Shown piece after piece: positions 51,901 through 63,244 of a stretch of DNA of 64,000 nucleotides. The translations under genes were made by a program, and so were the position numbers. The notes beneath the pieces are model-generated. The model made no database searches and had not been told where the DNA came from. It saw only the letters and a list, made by a program, of their open reading frames with translations. This DNA comes from Promethearchaeota archaeon (GTDB lineage Archaea; Asgardarchaeota; Lokiarchaeia; Sigyniarchaeales; SOKP01): assembly GCA_016840085.1 (NCBI GenBank), contig JAEOTA010000022.1, positions 32,001 to 96,000 on the forward strand. Direction: 5' to 3'. Within the stretch, counting starts at the first letter, position 1. Every line of letters begins with the position of its first letter.

Positions 51901-52716
51901 ATGGCTCGTCCTCTATGGTTTGTTAAATTATTAAAAAAAACATTTCCAAATGTAAAATTTATTGCCAAATTGACGAATTTCCCAATCTTAGGCACTATTT
52001 TTGATCATCTCCTTTTTAAAGGCGATGATATTATTTATCTCCCTCAAGATAATGTAATTGATGTTAATAAACCAATAGGAGAATATCAAGAATATGTTTT
52101 GCCATCTCAGGTGTTAGAATATTTTATTAATAAAGCTAACCATCACTGGATCATGAATTTCTGTATTTGTCGGTCAAGCATGAATTGCAAAGACTATCCT
52201 AAAGATTTAGGGTGTTTATTTCTTGGAGATGCTGTTCTTGATATCAATCCGCAATTGGGAAGATTAGCAACTAAAAAAGAAGCCTTAGAGCATTTAAAAA
52301 AATGCAGAGATGCTGGACTAGTTCACATGATTGGGAGAAATAGATTAGATGCGCAGTGGCTTGGAGTTAGCCCAGGAGAAAAACTTTTGAGTATATGTAA
52401 TTGTGATCCATGTTGCTGTCTCTGGCGTGTATCTTCAATACTAGCCCCAAAAATTGGATCTAAGATTAAAAAAATGCCTGGAGTTATAGTGAAAGTAACT
52501 GACAAATGTATTGGATGTGGAACATGTTTAAAAGATATATGTTTTGTTAATGCGATAAGTTTAAAGGATAAACACGCATTTATAAGCGACCAATGTAGAG
52601 GATGTGGTCGATGTGTAAGCATTTGCCCTCAAAATGCAATAGAACTAACAATAGATGATACCCAATATATAAAGAAATCAATACAAGAAATAGATAAAAT
52701 AATAGATGTTACTTAG
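51901..52716 (+). CDS. 4Fe-4S ferredoxin-domain protein
   Basis: CICR, GLVH, ICNCDPCCC, two C-terminal CxxCxxCxxxC motifs. Confidence 0.85.
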   Translation: MARPLWFVKLLKKTFPNVKFIAKLTNFPILGTIFDHLLFKGDDIIYLPQDNVIDVNKPIGEYQEYVLPSQVLEYFINKANHHWIMNFCICRSSMNCKDYPKDLGCLFLGDAVLDINPQLGRLATKKEALEHLKKCRDAGLVHMIGRNRLDAQWLGVSPGEKLLSICNCDPCCCLWRVSSILAPKIGSKIKKMPGVIVKVTDKCIGCGTCLKDICFVNAISLKDKHAFISDQCRGCGRCVSICPQNAIELTIDDTQYIKKSIQEIDKIIDVT

Positions 52717-52795
52717 TAAAATTTATTTAAAAATTAAAATTTGTTTCCTTTTATACAAAAAAGTATATTAGGATAGTTGTATATAAATAAAAGCA

Positions 52796-53104
52796 ATGAA
52801 AAGAGATAAACAAATTTATATTCGCATTACTCTTATTATAATAGGAATCTTAAATCTAATACAAATCCTAATTGCTCTTTTTATTCCAAATTCTCTTTTA
52901 AGTTTGGATTTAGCTGGTGGATTACAAATTATTAATCTCCTCATTATCGATCTACTAATTGCACTTCCCCTATTTATAGTTGCATTTGGCATATTTTCGA
53001 AAAATATTAAAACAAACCTATTCCTCTTATTTAGCGGCATAATTCTTATGATTTTTTACTTTAATTTTACTCTAACACCAAGTATACTAGCACCTTCCTC
53101 ATAA
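52796..53104 (+). CDS. Small membrane protein
   Basis: Three hydrophobic helices. Confidence 0.5.
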   Translation: MKRDKQIYIRITLIIIGILNLIQILIALFIPNSLLSLDLAGGLQIINLLIIDLLIALPLFIVAFGIFSKNIKTNLFLLFSGIILMIFYFNFTLTPSILAPSS

Positions 53105-53234
53105 TGAAAAAGACTTCTTGTAGGAGTTTACTATAACTAATGTGTATCAATTACAATTTATTAAATTGCAAAATCCTAAAAAAATTAAGAAATACAAAAT
53201 AACAGAAGTTTCTTAAAAATAATAAATCCGTTTT

Positions 53235-54683
53235 TTACTCCCAAAAGATATTTTTTAGTTTTAAATTATCTACTCGAGTTCTTTCTTTTAATGCGGATAC
53301 TGCTTGAACACTTTCTTTAATTGAATGAAAAACAGGTATATTCGCAAGTTCTAATGATTCTATTATCAAGGAATATTTTGGAACATATGGAACAAAACAT
53401 ACAACTGGTTTATTTTTAGATGCAATAATATTTGCAATTCTTCTTCCAATTTGAAAGGATATATTCGGGGGATAAGGAAGTAAAAGCAAAATGATGCATT
53501 CGATTCTTTCTATATCAGATAAATATCTAATAATGTTCTCAATATCAGTATCTAATACAGAGCCTGTTAAATCAATAGGGTTATTAAAGGATGCAATTTC
53601 TGCAGCGATAGGATTCATAAGATTTTTTAATTTTCTCTTTTCTTGTTGTGAAAATCGAACAGCATTCAAACCATATTTTTTTAATATGTCAGATGCTAAC
53701 ACAGCATGCCCTCCAGAAACAGACACGATTGCTACATCTCCAAATGTTATAACATTATCACCGAATGGGTTTCTTCGATGGGATAATACATCATATACTT
53801 TTAAACAAGTTAGTAATTCTCGTTCTGAATGCGGTTGAATAATATAATGTTGTCTTAAAGCATCATAAATAATTTTGTAATCTCCTGCTAAACTTGCTGT
53901 ATGTGATTGAGTTGCAATTTTTCCTTCTCTTGTTTTTCCTCCAAAAAATACTATTACTGTATCTTCTGATTCTTTTGCTAATTGCAAAAACTTTCTTGCT
54001 CTCCCTTCTTTAAAACCCTCTAAATAAAAGGCTATATTTGATGTTTCTGGATCCACACGGCTAAAGTATTCTAAAAGCATCACCTCATCCACAACAGCCC
54101 TATTGCCAATTGAAACTGCAGTGGATACACCGATATTTCTTTCATTGAATTTTACAAAAAATTGATCAACCAAGACCCCTCCACTTTGGCTTATAAGCGC
54201 TACAGAGCCTTTTGGTGGTCTTGTAATACGTTCTGTCGGTAGAAATATTGTATCTACAATTGGTGGTGCATATACCCCGAGACAGTTTGGGCCTAATACT
54301 GCAATATCGTTTTCAAATGCGATTTTTTCAAGTTTTTCTTGTCTTTTTTTACCTTTCCCGCCAATTTCAGCGAATCCCCCTCCAATGATTACACTTGAAG
54401 GTATTCCCAGATCTGCACATTCTTGAATGTATTCTATAGTATCATCTGGTCCAACTGCGATAATTAAAAGATCTGGAATTTCAGGAAGGCGTTCTAACCG
54501 TTCATATAATTTTATTCCCTCAATTTCTCCTCCTGTTGGATAAATTCCATAAACTTTCACATTCATCTCGTATTGATTTTTTAATAGAACTATCCTACCG
54601 GGTGATAAAGGATTCTTTTTCGAAATTCCTACAACTGCTATTGATTTCGGTTTAAATAATTTCTCTAAATCCATGTTAACCAA
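53235..54683 (-). CDS. ADP-forming acyl-CoA synthetase alpha-like (CoA-binding) subunit
   Basis: PKSIAVVG, GPNCLG, SQSGG, SHTASLAG (phospho-His), NPIDLTG. Confidence 0.88.
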   Translation of the reverse strand: MVNMDLEKLFKPKSIAVVGISKKNPLSPGRIVLLKNQYEMNVKVYGIYPTGGEIEGIKLYERLERLPEIPDLLIIAVGPDDTIEYIQECADLGIPSSVIIGGGFAEIGGKGKKRQEKLEKIAFENDIAVLGPNCLGVYAPPIVDTIFLPTERITRPPKGSVALISQSGGVLVDQFFVKFNERNIGVSTAVSIGNRAVVDEVMLLEYFSRVDPETSNIAFYLEGFKEGRARKFLQLAKESEDTVIVFFGGKTREGKIATQSHTASLAGDYKIIYDALRQHYIIQPHSERELLTCLKVYDVLSHRRNPFGDNVITFGDVAIVSVSGGHAVLASDILKKYGLNAVRFSQQEKRKLKNLMNPIAAEIASFNNPIDLTGSVLDTDIENIIRYLSDIERIECIILLLLPYPPNISFQIGRRIANIIASKNKPVVCFVPYVPKYSLIIESLELANIPVFHSIKESVQAVSALKERTRVDNLKLKNIFWE

Positions 54684-54861
54684 AATAATATATGGTTTTC
54701 ATTATTGTATATTTGTTAAAAATTTAAGTCATATATATTTTTATTTTAAGTTAGATTAGAAATAGAACTTTAATATAAGAAAATGTTTTAGATTAAGAAA
54801 AAAAATGTAGTTAAATTTTTATTAGGAAAAAATAAATAATATCAATTTAAAAAAAATAAAT

Positions 54862-56271
54862 TTGATTTATATGAGTATTATAGAAAAAAAAGATGAGAGA
54901 GAAAAATTTTCCTATAAAAGGAGTATTTCTTATGGTGTCGGTCAATTATCAGATATAACTGCTTATCAAACATTCACATTCTTAGTATTTACATTTTACT
55001 ATGCTGTTATTGGAATTAATATTATTTCAATTATGGTAGCATTTATAATATGGGCGTTATGGAATAGTTTTAACGATTCTCTAATAGGGTTTGTTTCTGA
55101 TAGGACCCATACGAAATGGGGTAGACGTATGCCATGGATAATGATCTCACTAGCTCCATTAGCGTTAGTTGTTTTTCTTTTATTTACACCGCCTATTTCG
55201 ATTGGTATAACTAATGAGATTGCAAATTTTGTGTATTTTATGATAATTATTGTAATTTTTGAATTGTTTTTTACGATCTATGATTTAAATTTTACAGCTT
55301 TATTTCCAGAGCTTTTTATAACTGTCGAAGAGAGAACAAAAGGTAATAATATTAGACAGATTTTTGCGATATTAGGGTTAATTATGGCATTTGTCTTACC
55401 AGGATTATTTATTTCGGATTATTCAGATCCTGCATCACTAAGAGAATACCAAATTTTTGGGATTATCGTTGCTATAATAATCATTATCCCCGGACTTATC
55501 TTTTTGAAATTTTCTCCAAGAGAGAAAGCAGAATTTCGAGAAGATTATAAAAATGCTCCAAATTTTATTGAATCTGTTAAAATCTGCGTAAAAAATAAGT
55601 CTTTTGCTTGGTATATCCCTGCTGAAGTTGCAAATTGGTTTGTTTATGGTATGCTACCTGCAATTGTACCTCTATATGGGAAATATGTCTTAAATATTAC
55701 AGATACATTGCTTTTATCTTTATTATTAGGAATTGCTTTTATCTCCGCGGCTATTTTTATGACAATATTATGGAAACCTTTGGTCCAAAAAATTGGTCCA
55801 AGAAAATCTTGGTTGATATCAATGTCAATCTGGGCAATAATACTATTTTTCCTTATGGTAATTGGAGATCCAATCTCTGGAATGATAGTATTTTTTCTGA
55901 TGGGTATTGGCTTGTCTGGTTCCTTATACATTATTGATATAATCATTTCTGATATTATTGATGAGGATGAAGTTAATACAGGAACTCGTAGAGAAGGTGC
56001 ATATTATGGAGTCAATATGTTCCTTATGCATTTATCCACTGTAGTAGTGTTTTTAGTTATTGGTCCAGTATTTCTCATCTCTAATTGGTATGAATTTAAT
56101 CCTGCTGACGTTCCAATTTCAAGTCTCCGAATTTTAATTTCAATCTTTCCGATAATTGCGTTGCTAATTGGTATTTTTGTTATCTACAAATATCCTTTAG
56201 ATGGGGCACGATTAAAAAAAGTTAAGGAACAATGTGAAAAATTGCACAAAGAAAAGAAATCAAAATTATAA
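54862..56271 (+). CDS. MFS transporter, GPH (glycoside-pentoside-hexuronide) family
   Basis: ND..IG..SDRT.TKWGRR.PW, DIIDEDE..TG.RREG.YYG, YPL. Confidence 0.9.
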   Translation: MIYMSIIEKKDEREKFSYKRSISYGVGQLSDITAYQTFTFLVFTFYYAVIGINIISIMVAFIIWALWNSFNDSLIGFVSDRTHTKWGRRMPWIMISLAPLALVVFLLFTPPISIGITNEIANFVYFMIIIVIFELFFTIYDLNFTALFPELFITVEERTKGNNIRQIFAILGLIMAFVLPGLFISDYSDPASLREYQIFGIIVAIIIIIPGLIFLKFSPREKAEFREDYKNAPNFIESVKICVKNKSFAWYIPAEVANWFVYGMLPAIVPLYGKYVLNITDTLLLSLLLGIAFISAAIFMTILWKPLVQKIGPRKSWLISMSIWAIILFFLMVIGDPISGMIVFFLMGIGLSGSLYIIDIIISDIIDEDEVNTGTRREGAYYGVNMFLMHLSTVVVFLVIGPVFLISNWYEFNPADVPISSLRILISIFPIIALLIGIFVIYKYPLDGARLKKVKEQCEKLHKEKKSKL

Positions 56272-56547
56272 TTCTATATTCCTTTTTCTAATATATTTTA
56301 ACACGTTTGCCACTTTTAGTCTAATTAGCTAGAATCTTAAAGATATATTTATCTTTCTTTTTACATACAAATCTATATTATCTTATCGAAAATAAAATGA
56401 ATAAATCCACAAATTAAGTATTTTATTTTGATTTCCTAGGTTTATTTAAGATTAATATATTTATTAGGAAAGAAAGAGAAATATTATCAATTTAAAATTA
56501 TATCAAAATTTTAAATATTAAAAAAATATTAAGAGAAAGAAATAATT

Positions 56548-57957
56548 ATGACTGAACAGAGAAATCAAACAGAAGAAGAATTTAGCTTAATAACTGCTGT
56601 AAAGTTTGGTACTGGCCAACTTTCGGATATAGTTGCGTATCAAACATTCTTTTTTTGGATATTTACATTCTATTATACAATTGTAATCCAGAATACAACA
56701 CTTATTGCCATAGCTTTTATAATTTGGAGTGTTTGGAATGCTTTTAATGATCCAATCTTAGGATATTTATCAGATCGTACTCATACTAGATGGGGTCGAA
56801 GAATTCCCTGGATTATCGCTGCGATTGGACCATTATCCTTAATTATGTTTTTATTATTCAGTCCTCCTAAAACTTTTGGCATAGATTCAATATTAGTAAA
56901 TTTCATCTACTTCTTTATAATTATTATTGTTTTTGAACTATTTTATACAATGTTTTCAATAAATCAAACAAGTCTTTTTCCAGAACAGTTCATTAATGAA
57001 GGCGTAAGGGGGAAAGTTAATACTGTGAAACAAATATTTTCTGTACTCGGATTAATAGTTGCAGCTATTTTACCCTCCCTTTTCATGGAAGACCCCATGG
57101 TTGAGGAATCATTGCCTAATTGGTCTATATTTGGAATTTTTCTTGCTGCTTTAACATTTGTTTTTGGGTTTTTCTTTATAAAATGGGGGGCAAAAGAAAA
57201 AAAAGAATTTAGAGAGGATTATAAGGAAGCTCCAAAAATATTTGAGGCAATAAAGTTATGTGTTAAAAGTAAAAGCTTTAGGTGGTACATTCCTGCAGAA
57301 ATCGCGAATTGGTTTGTTTATGGAATGCTTCCAACAATAATCCCCCTCTATGGAAGATACGTTTTAGGGATTGAAGCAGGTTCTATGGAATTATCAATAC
57401 TACTAGGAATTGGTTTTATTTCTGCAGCAATATTTATAAATTTCTGGAGATGGGTGGCTAAAAAGATAGGTCCAAGAAAAGCTTGGATGGCTTCATTGTC
57501 CGCTTGGATATTAACATTATTACCTTTCCTATTTATTAGCTCATTCGAAGAAGGATTAATTTTCTTCTTTATAATGGGTATTGGATTAGCGGGATCAATG
57601 GTTCTTATAGATTTGATTGTTTCTGACATTATAGATGAAGATGAAGTTAATACAGGGACTCGTAGAGAAGGTGCATATTATGGTGTAAATGCCCTATTTT
57701 TACGCTTTTCTACGGTATTTGTATTTATTGCTGTAGGGGTTGTTTTTGCAGGTTTTGGATGGGAAGAGTATGATCCATTAATTAATGACCCAGATGCACT
57801 AGTTATTGCTCTAAAGATTTTGATGGTTGCCTTACCCGCAATTGCAATAGCAATAGGAATAATATCACTTTACAAGTATCCACTAGACGGAGAAAAATTA
57901 AAACAAGTGAAAGAAAAGCTAAAGCAAATTCATCAGGAAAAGAAAATAAAAGTATAA
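56548..57957 (+). CDS. MFS transporter, GPH family (tandem paralogue)
   Basis: Same motifs as the upstream copy. Confidence 0.9.
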   Translation: MTEQRNQTEEEFSLITAVKFGTGQLSDIVAYQTFFFWIFTFYYTIVIQNTTLIAIAFIIWSVWNAFNDPILGYLSDRTHTRWGRRIPWIIAAIGPLSLIMFLLFSPPKTFGIDSILVNFIYFFIIIIVFELFYTMFSINQTSLFPEQFINEGVRGKVNTVKQIFSVLGLIVAAILPSLFMEDPMVEESLPNWSIFGIFLAALTFVFGFFFIKWGAKEKKEFREDYKEAPKIFEAIKLCVKSKSFRWYIPAEIANWFVYGMLPTIIPLYGRYVLGIEAGSMELSILLGIGFISAAIFINFWRWVAKKIGPRKAWMASLSAWILTLLPFLFISSFEEGLIFFFIMGIGLAGSMVLIDLIVSDIIDEDEVNTGTRREGAYYGVNALFLRFSTVFVFIAVGVVFAGFGWEEYDPLINDPDALVIALKILMVALPAIAIAIGIISLYKYPLDGEKLKQVKEKLKQIHQEKKIKV

Positions 57958-58060
57958 TTTTTCATTCTTTTTTTTTATATATGATTGTAAAATACGAAAT
58001 TGTAAAAAATTATTGAAAATAGTATAATTGTTAGAAGTGAAGTTATTGGTACGAATAATT

Positions 58061-59371
58061 TTAAGTTTTTAATTTCTTTAATTTAGCCACTCCACCGCGT
58101 ATTCTTGATAGAATTTCATCAAGTTCTCGTTTTTGAACAACTAAAGGAGGTAAAATTTTGAGAGTATCTTTTTTATTATGGCAATAATCAAGAAGAACTC
58201 CTTCTTTAATGATAGATAACATACCTAACTGGCTATCATCCTCTTTGTAGAATTCTACACCCCACATTAGACCTCTCCCTCTTACATCCTTAATCAAATC
58301 AGGAAATTCATTTTTTATCTTTTCTAATCCTTTCTGGAAAACAGCTCCCATCTCCTTAACATGAGCTAAAAACTTAGGATCTGATTGGATTTCTAACATT
58401 TCTGAAGCGATTGCACATCCGATATCAGAACCACCAGTAGTCGAGATTTGTATAAACGGTTCATCTTTATATACAGCTTTTTCAATAAAAGGTCTGTAAC
58501 TACAGACGGAAAGGGGATAAATTCCCGCACTCATTCCTTTTCCTAATACTATAAAATCAGGAACAACTTTTTCATTTGGATATAATCCTCCATAAACAGC
58601 CCATAATTCCCCCGTTCTACCAAGCCCTGCTTGAACTTCATCTATAATCATCATTGTACCTGTATCATCACAAATCTCTCTTACTTCCGCAAAATATCCC
58701 TCAGGAGCAATTAATATACCCGCTGTCGCTGGAATCGTTTCCAATATTACACACGCAATCTTATTTGTTACTGCTTTTCTCAATGCATTAATATCACCAA
58801 AAGGAATTTGTTTAAATTCTGGAAGATTCCATAGAAAAATATCTCTGAAATCTGGATCTCCTGTCGCTAAAGCAAAACCAGTATGTCCATGATAACCACC
58901 TATAGCAGACACACATCCTTTTCTTTTTGTAACAGCTCTCGAAAACTTAATCGCACAATCTATTGCTTCTCCTCCACTAACTCCAAATGTAGTTTTACTA
59001 ATATCACCCGGCATTAAATCTGCTAATTTTTTTCCTAAAAGAGCTCTTTGCTCAGATAATAGAATATGATCACCTAAATCTAATCCACCATCTAACGCAT
59101 CTTTAAGAATTTGAAGTATTCGTGGATTTCGATGACCTAAATTAAATACTCCTCCAGAAGTACGACAATTATATAATTCTAAGGGAGGTTCACCCACTCT
59201 TGAACCTTCTAACGTTTTTAATTTGACACCCTCTCTTTCACCTGGAATAAAACCTAATCCAAAACCCTTGAAAAATCGTACTTTTGGAGCATTCACATAT
59301 TTTGAATATAATTTTAGTAATTCTTTCTGAGATAAAGTTCCAATAAATTTGTTTTTATGGTTTTCATTCAT
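58061..59371 (-). CDS. Class III PLP-dependent aminotransferase (putrescine/ornithine type)
   Basis: SGGEA, GYHG, DEVQAGLGRTG, LGKGMSAG, VRGRGLM. Confidence 0.9.
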   Translation of the reverse strand: MNENHKNKFIGTLSQKELLKLYSKYVNAPKVRFFKGFGLGFIPGEREGVKLKTLEGSRVGEPPLELYNCRTSGGVFNLGHRNPRILQILKDALDGGLDLGDHILLSEQRALLGKKLADLMPGDISKTTFGVSGGEAIDCAIKFSRAVTKRKGCVSAIGGYHGHTGFALATGDPDFRDIFLWNLPEFKQIPFGDINALRKAVTNKIACVILETIPATAGILIAPEGYFAEVREICDDTGTMMIIDEVQAGLGRTGELWAVYGGLYPNEKVVPDFIVLGKGMSAGIYPLSVCSYRPFIEKAVYKDEPFIQISTTGGSDIGCAIASEMLEIQSDPKFLAHVKEMGAVFQKGLEKIKNEFPDLIKDVRGRGLMWGVEFYKEDDSQLGMLSIIKEGVLLDYCHNKKDTLKILPPLVVQKRELDEILSRIRGGVAKLKKLKT

Positions 59372-59495
59372 GATTGATATTTAAAACTCAAAAATATATT
59401 AAAATTTGCTTATATCATTTTTGAAAATAATTCTATATAAATTTTTAAATATCTAATTATCTAATCTTAAAATATTCTAACAAAATTTAATTAAA

Positions 59496-61115
59496 ATGAA
59501 AATGAAAACTTATAAACAATTTTTTATATCAATTATAATTTTTTGTTTTGCTTTAAATCTCATACTAGCAAATTCTTTTATATTCAACCATTTAGGCAAA
59601 ATTGACACACAAAGAGATTTTCCTAAGTCAGCTACTATTCCAGAACTAAATGATGAATGGTATGTTACATGGAGTAGTCACAGCTATTATGGAGAAGGAG
59701 CTCATGATGTAGCAATAGATTCCTCAGGCGATATATATATAGCAGGCTATACATTTGGTATTGGTGCGGGTCATGCGGATTTAGCATTAGTTAAATTTGA
59801 TAAAAATGGGGGATTATTATGGAATTTAACATATGGATATCCAGAACAAGATCGTGCTCGCGCTGTTGCTGTAGATTCTGATGATTGTGTTTATATGGCA
59901 GGATTTACTGACACGATTATGGGATTTGATAAGGATCATGATTTTTGTATAGCAAAGTATTATAAAAATGGTACTCAAGCATGGAACTCAACATGGGGAT
60001 CATATCTCAGCGAAGAAGCCTATGATATGGTAATTGACTCATCAGATAATATCTATATTGCAGGGTTTAGATATGTTGAACCAAATGATTTTTGTTTTGT
60101 CAAATATGATAAATCTGGACATGATCAGATGGGTAGAGTGTGGGCTTCTGCGGGTTGGGATCAGTGTTATGGTATAGCTGTAGATTCAAAAGGAAATATT
60201 TATTTAGCAGGAGATAAATATGGCGGAGATTCTTTAGGTTATGATATGTGCTTAGTAAAATATAACAGTAGCGGTGATTTCCAATGGTATCAATTATGGG
60301 GTGGTATTGGCTATGAAAGTGGTAAAGCAATTGCAATAGATAGCTCAGATAATATATACCTTGCGGGAGTCACAACTACGTTTAGTGAAGCAAAAGGAGA
60401 TATATGTCTAGTAAAATATAATTCTGGAGGTACTCAACTGTGGAATACTACGTGGGGTGGAGATGAGGAAGAGGTGGTGTCAGATATTGTATTAGATTCT
60501 TCGGGGAATGTTTATCTGGTCGGAAATACAGATCTTGATGGAGATGAATTTACTTCAGTTACTGTAGCAAAATTCAACAATCTTGGCCAATTACAATGGT
60601 ATGATTTATGGGAAGAAGGATGGGCGTACGATTTACAAGGAATCGCATTGGATTCTTCTGGAGACGCTTTCATCGCTAATGATTTTAATGGAATGACTTT
60701 AGTAAAATTTAGCTCAGTTCCGAAGATTGTAATTAAATCCCCTAAAGTAAATGGGACATATAATTCGATTGCCCCAAACTTTACATTATCTATTTCAGAA
60801 CCTGATTTAGATAAAACATGGTATACTCTTGACGAAGGTATTACAAATATTACATTTACGGGATTGAAAGGGCAAATTAATCAAGCTGAATGGGATAAAT
60901 TTGGAAATGGCAGTACCGTTAATATTCGATTTTACGCACAAGATACATTTGATTATATAGGTTCTGCTAATGTAACTGTTATAAAGGAAACTACCGCTGG
61001 AGGAAAAAAGTCACCAATTATTCCAAGTTATCATATTTTTATAATTATTGGGATTATTGGAACAATTTCTATAATCATAACTCGGAGGTTAAAAAAATAT
61101 GAAATCCAAAGTTAA
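59496..61115 (+). CDS. Surface beta-propeller (SBBP-like repeats) protein with a C-terminal sorting TM
   Basis: About 7 repeats of IAxDSSxNIYxAG...D..LVKY...G..W..TWG; ends IPSY-TM-RRLKK. Confidence 0.82.
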   Translation: MKMKTYKQFFISIIIFCFALNLILANSFIFNHLGKIDTQRDFPKSATIPELNDEWYVTWSSHSYYGEGAHDVAIDSSGDIYIAGYTFGIGAGHADLALVKFDKNGGLLWNLTYGYPEQDRARAVAVDSDDCVYMAGFTDTIMGFDKDHDFCIAKYYKNGTQAWNSTWGSYLSEEAYDMVIDSSDNIYIAGFRYVEPNDFCFVKYDKSGHDQMGRVWASAGWDQCYGIAVDSKGNIYLAGDKYGGDSLGYDMCLVKYNSSGDFQWYQLWGGIGYESGKAIAIDSSDNIYLAGVTTTFSEAKGDICLVKYNSGGTQLWNTTWGGDEEEVVSDIVLDSSGNVYLVGNTDLDGDEFTSVTVAKFNNLGQLQWYDLWEEGWAYDLQGIALDSSGDAFIANDFNGMTLVKFSSVPKIVIKSPKVNGTYNSIAPNFTLSISEPDLDKTWYTLDEGITNITFTGLKGQINQAEWDKFGNGSTVNIRFYAQDTFDYIGSANVTVIKETTAGGKKSPIIPSYHIFIIIGIIGTISIIITRRLKKYEIQS

Positions 61116-63009
61116 CAATGTAATATTTATCGTAATTATAGGCATGCTACTTGGATTAACAATGTCAGTAAGCTATTGTTCAACCTTTAATCCAGATTTT
61201 CTTGTTTTAAATATAAAAGTTGATGATCAGACAAATAATTTAATGATTTCAGCACCGTCAGAAAATGGAATACCAATATGTGATAAAGTCCGTACCCAAC
61301 GTGAACCAAAAATAGCCATAGATGGTTCAGGAGGTGCCTTTATTTCTTGGTCGGATCATAGAAATAATGAGTATTATTCTGATTTATATTCTCAACGGAT
61401 TGATTCTGATGGTAATTTTCATTGGCTACAAAGAGGGATACCTGTTGATTTTGGCGCTGCCGCTTATGTTAACATAATTAACGATGATATGGGGGGAGCA
61501 ATCCTTATATGGGAGGATTATCATCAATCTAATTCCGGGATTTTTGGAATGCGAATCGGATCAAATGGTGGGAGATTATGGCCAGGACTTCGTGTTGCTG
61601 TATGTACTGCCGTTAATGGAGGAACAAATTATGGAACTCAAATAATAAATGATGAAACAGGCGGAGTTATTGCCACTTGGGTTGATGAAAGAGTAGAGTA
61701 TACTCTATATATTTATGCTCAAAGAGTGAATGCAACAGGGAATGTCGTATGGAATCCTACCGGGGTTCCTATTTGTACGGCAGCTAATTATCAATATAGT
61801 CCAACAATTTGTAATGATGGAGAAGGAGGCGCAATCATAACTTGGGAGGATACTAGGGGAATAGGAAGTGATAATGATATATATATTCAACATATCAATT
61901 CTACTGGAGGCGGTAATTGGACAGTTAACGGTGAACCTGTTTGTACTGATCCTTATCAGCAAAATAACCCTAAAATTTGTAGTGATAATAATAATGGTGC
62001 GATTGTTGCTTGGATTGATGGGAGGAATTCCTATAATGCTGACATTTATGCTCAGAGGATCGATAAAAATGGACAAGCACAATGGACAACAAATGGAATT
62101 GAAGTCGCTTTAACGGATGGAGACATTTATGATTTTAAGATTTGTAGTGATGGCGCGGGAGGTGCAATAATTGTATGGAATGATCTAACTTCAAACAATT
62201 ATGGTATTTATGCTCAACGAATTGATTCAAATGGAGCTACATTGTGGAATACTGATGGTGAACCTATATGTACAGTAAACACTTCCATACAAAATCTTCA
62301 AATATGTAGTGATGGAGGGGGAGGTGCGATAATTGCGTGGGAGGATGGAAGATCAGAAGAATATTACAGTGATATTTATGCCCAACGAATCGATTCAAGT
62401 GGAAATGTACAATGGACAAAAAATGGTATTCCGATAGTCAAAGCGCTTTATGATCAAAAATACTCAGATATAGTCTCTGACGGTGAGGGTGGAGCAATAA
62501 TCACATGGGAGGATTGGAGAAGTGGCAACGATGCAGATATCTATGCACAAAGAGTTAATTCTGATGGAGAGCTTCAATGGCTGCGTGAAAATGAGGCTCC
62601 AATCTCAAATCATCCTGAAGATATGTCATTTCCAGATTATCACCATGACACTATAAACTGGACAATATATGATGATTCCGAGAGCGGCACTTTTCGAGTA
62701 TTAATAAATAAATCTGCAGATGATTTTTTTGTATGGATGGATTGGTATACTTGGTTTAACGATACACTGATTCAAGTTCCTATCAATAATACTTATACAG
62801 GGATTTATGATTATACTATTGAATATTATGATAATGAATTTGTTTCTGGCGTTTCTGATACAGTTAGAGTCGACTTTGAAACTCGAGATGGGGGAAGGAG
62901 AATACCTTTTAAGATAGCATTTGGTAACTATCATCTATTGTTTAGTTTTCTTGGTATAATTGCAATTGTGATTCTTACAAAACATAGAATTTCATCTAAA
63001 CCTAAATAA
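61099..63009 (+). CDS. Surface repeat (beta-propeller-like) protein with a C-terminal TM
   Basis: About 7 repeats of SDGxGGAIIxWxDxR...DIYAQRI...G...W...G.P(I/V)C; ends FGNY-TM-KHR. Confidence 0.8.
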   Translation: MKSKVNNVIFIVIIGMLLGLTMSVSYCSTFNPDFLVLNIKVDDQTNNLMISAPSENGIPICDKVRTQREPKIAIDGSGGAFISWSDHRNNEYYSDLYSQRIDSDGNFHWLQRGIPVDFGAAAYVNIINDDMGGAILIWEDYHQSNSGIFGMRIGSNGGRLWPGLRVAVCTAVNGGTNYGTQIINDETGGVIATWVDERVEYTLYIYAQRVNATGNVVWNPTGVPICTAANYQYSPTICNDGEGGAIITWEDTRGIGSDNDIYIQHINSTGGGNWTVNGEPVCTDPYQQNNPKICSDNNNGAIVAWIDGRNSYNADIYAQRIDKNGQAQWTTNGIEVALTDGDIYDFKICSDGAGGAIIVWNDLTSNNYGIYAQRIDSNGATLWNTDGEPICTVNTSIQNLQICSDGGGGAIIAWEDGRSEEYYSDIYAQRIDSSGNVQWTKNGIPIVKALYDQKYSDIVSDGEGGAIITWEDWRSGNDADIYAQRVNSDGELQWLRENEAPISNHPEDMSFPDYHHDTINWTIYDDSESGTFRVLINKSADDFFVWMDWYTWFNDTLIQVPINNTYTGIYDYTIEYYDNEFVSGVSDTVRVDFETRDGGRRIPFKIAFGNYHLLFSFLGIIAIVILTKHRISSKPK

Positions 63010-63244
63010 AAAGTAAAATTTAAAAATTTTTTTTTAATATATTATTTCTGTTTGTTTTAGAGTCATTTTAAAAAAGAATATATTATAAATTAAGAGAGTC
63101 TTGAGGAATAAGTATTGAAACTTTTTAATCATGCTAGCTAAAAAGAATGATTATATTATAATTATAATATTAGAAAATAAAAAGGAATATTAAAAAAATC
63201 ATAAATAATATTTTCCAGATTAACGATCTAGAAGTGTTCTTCGC

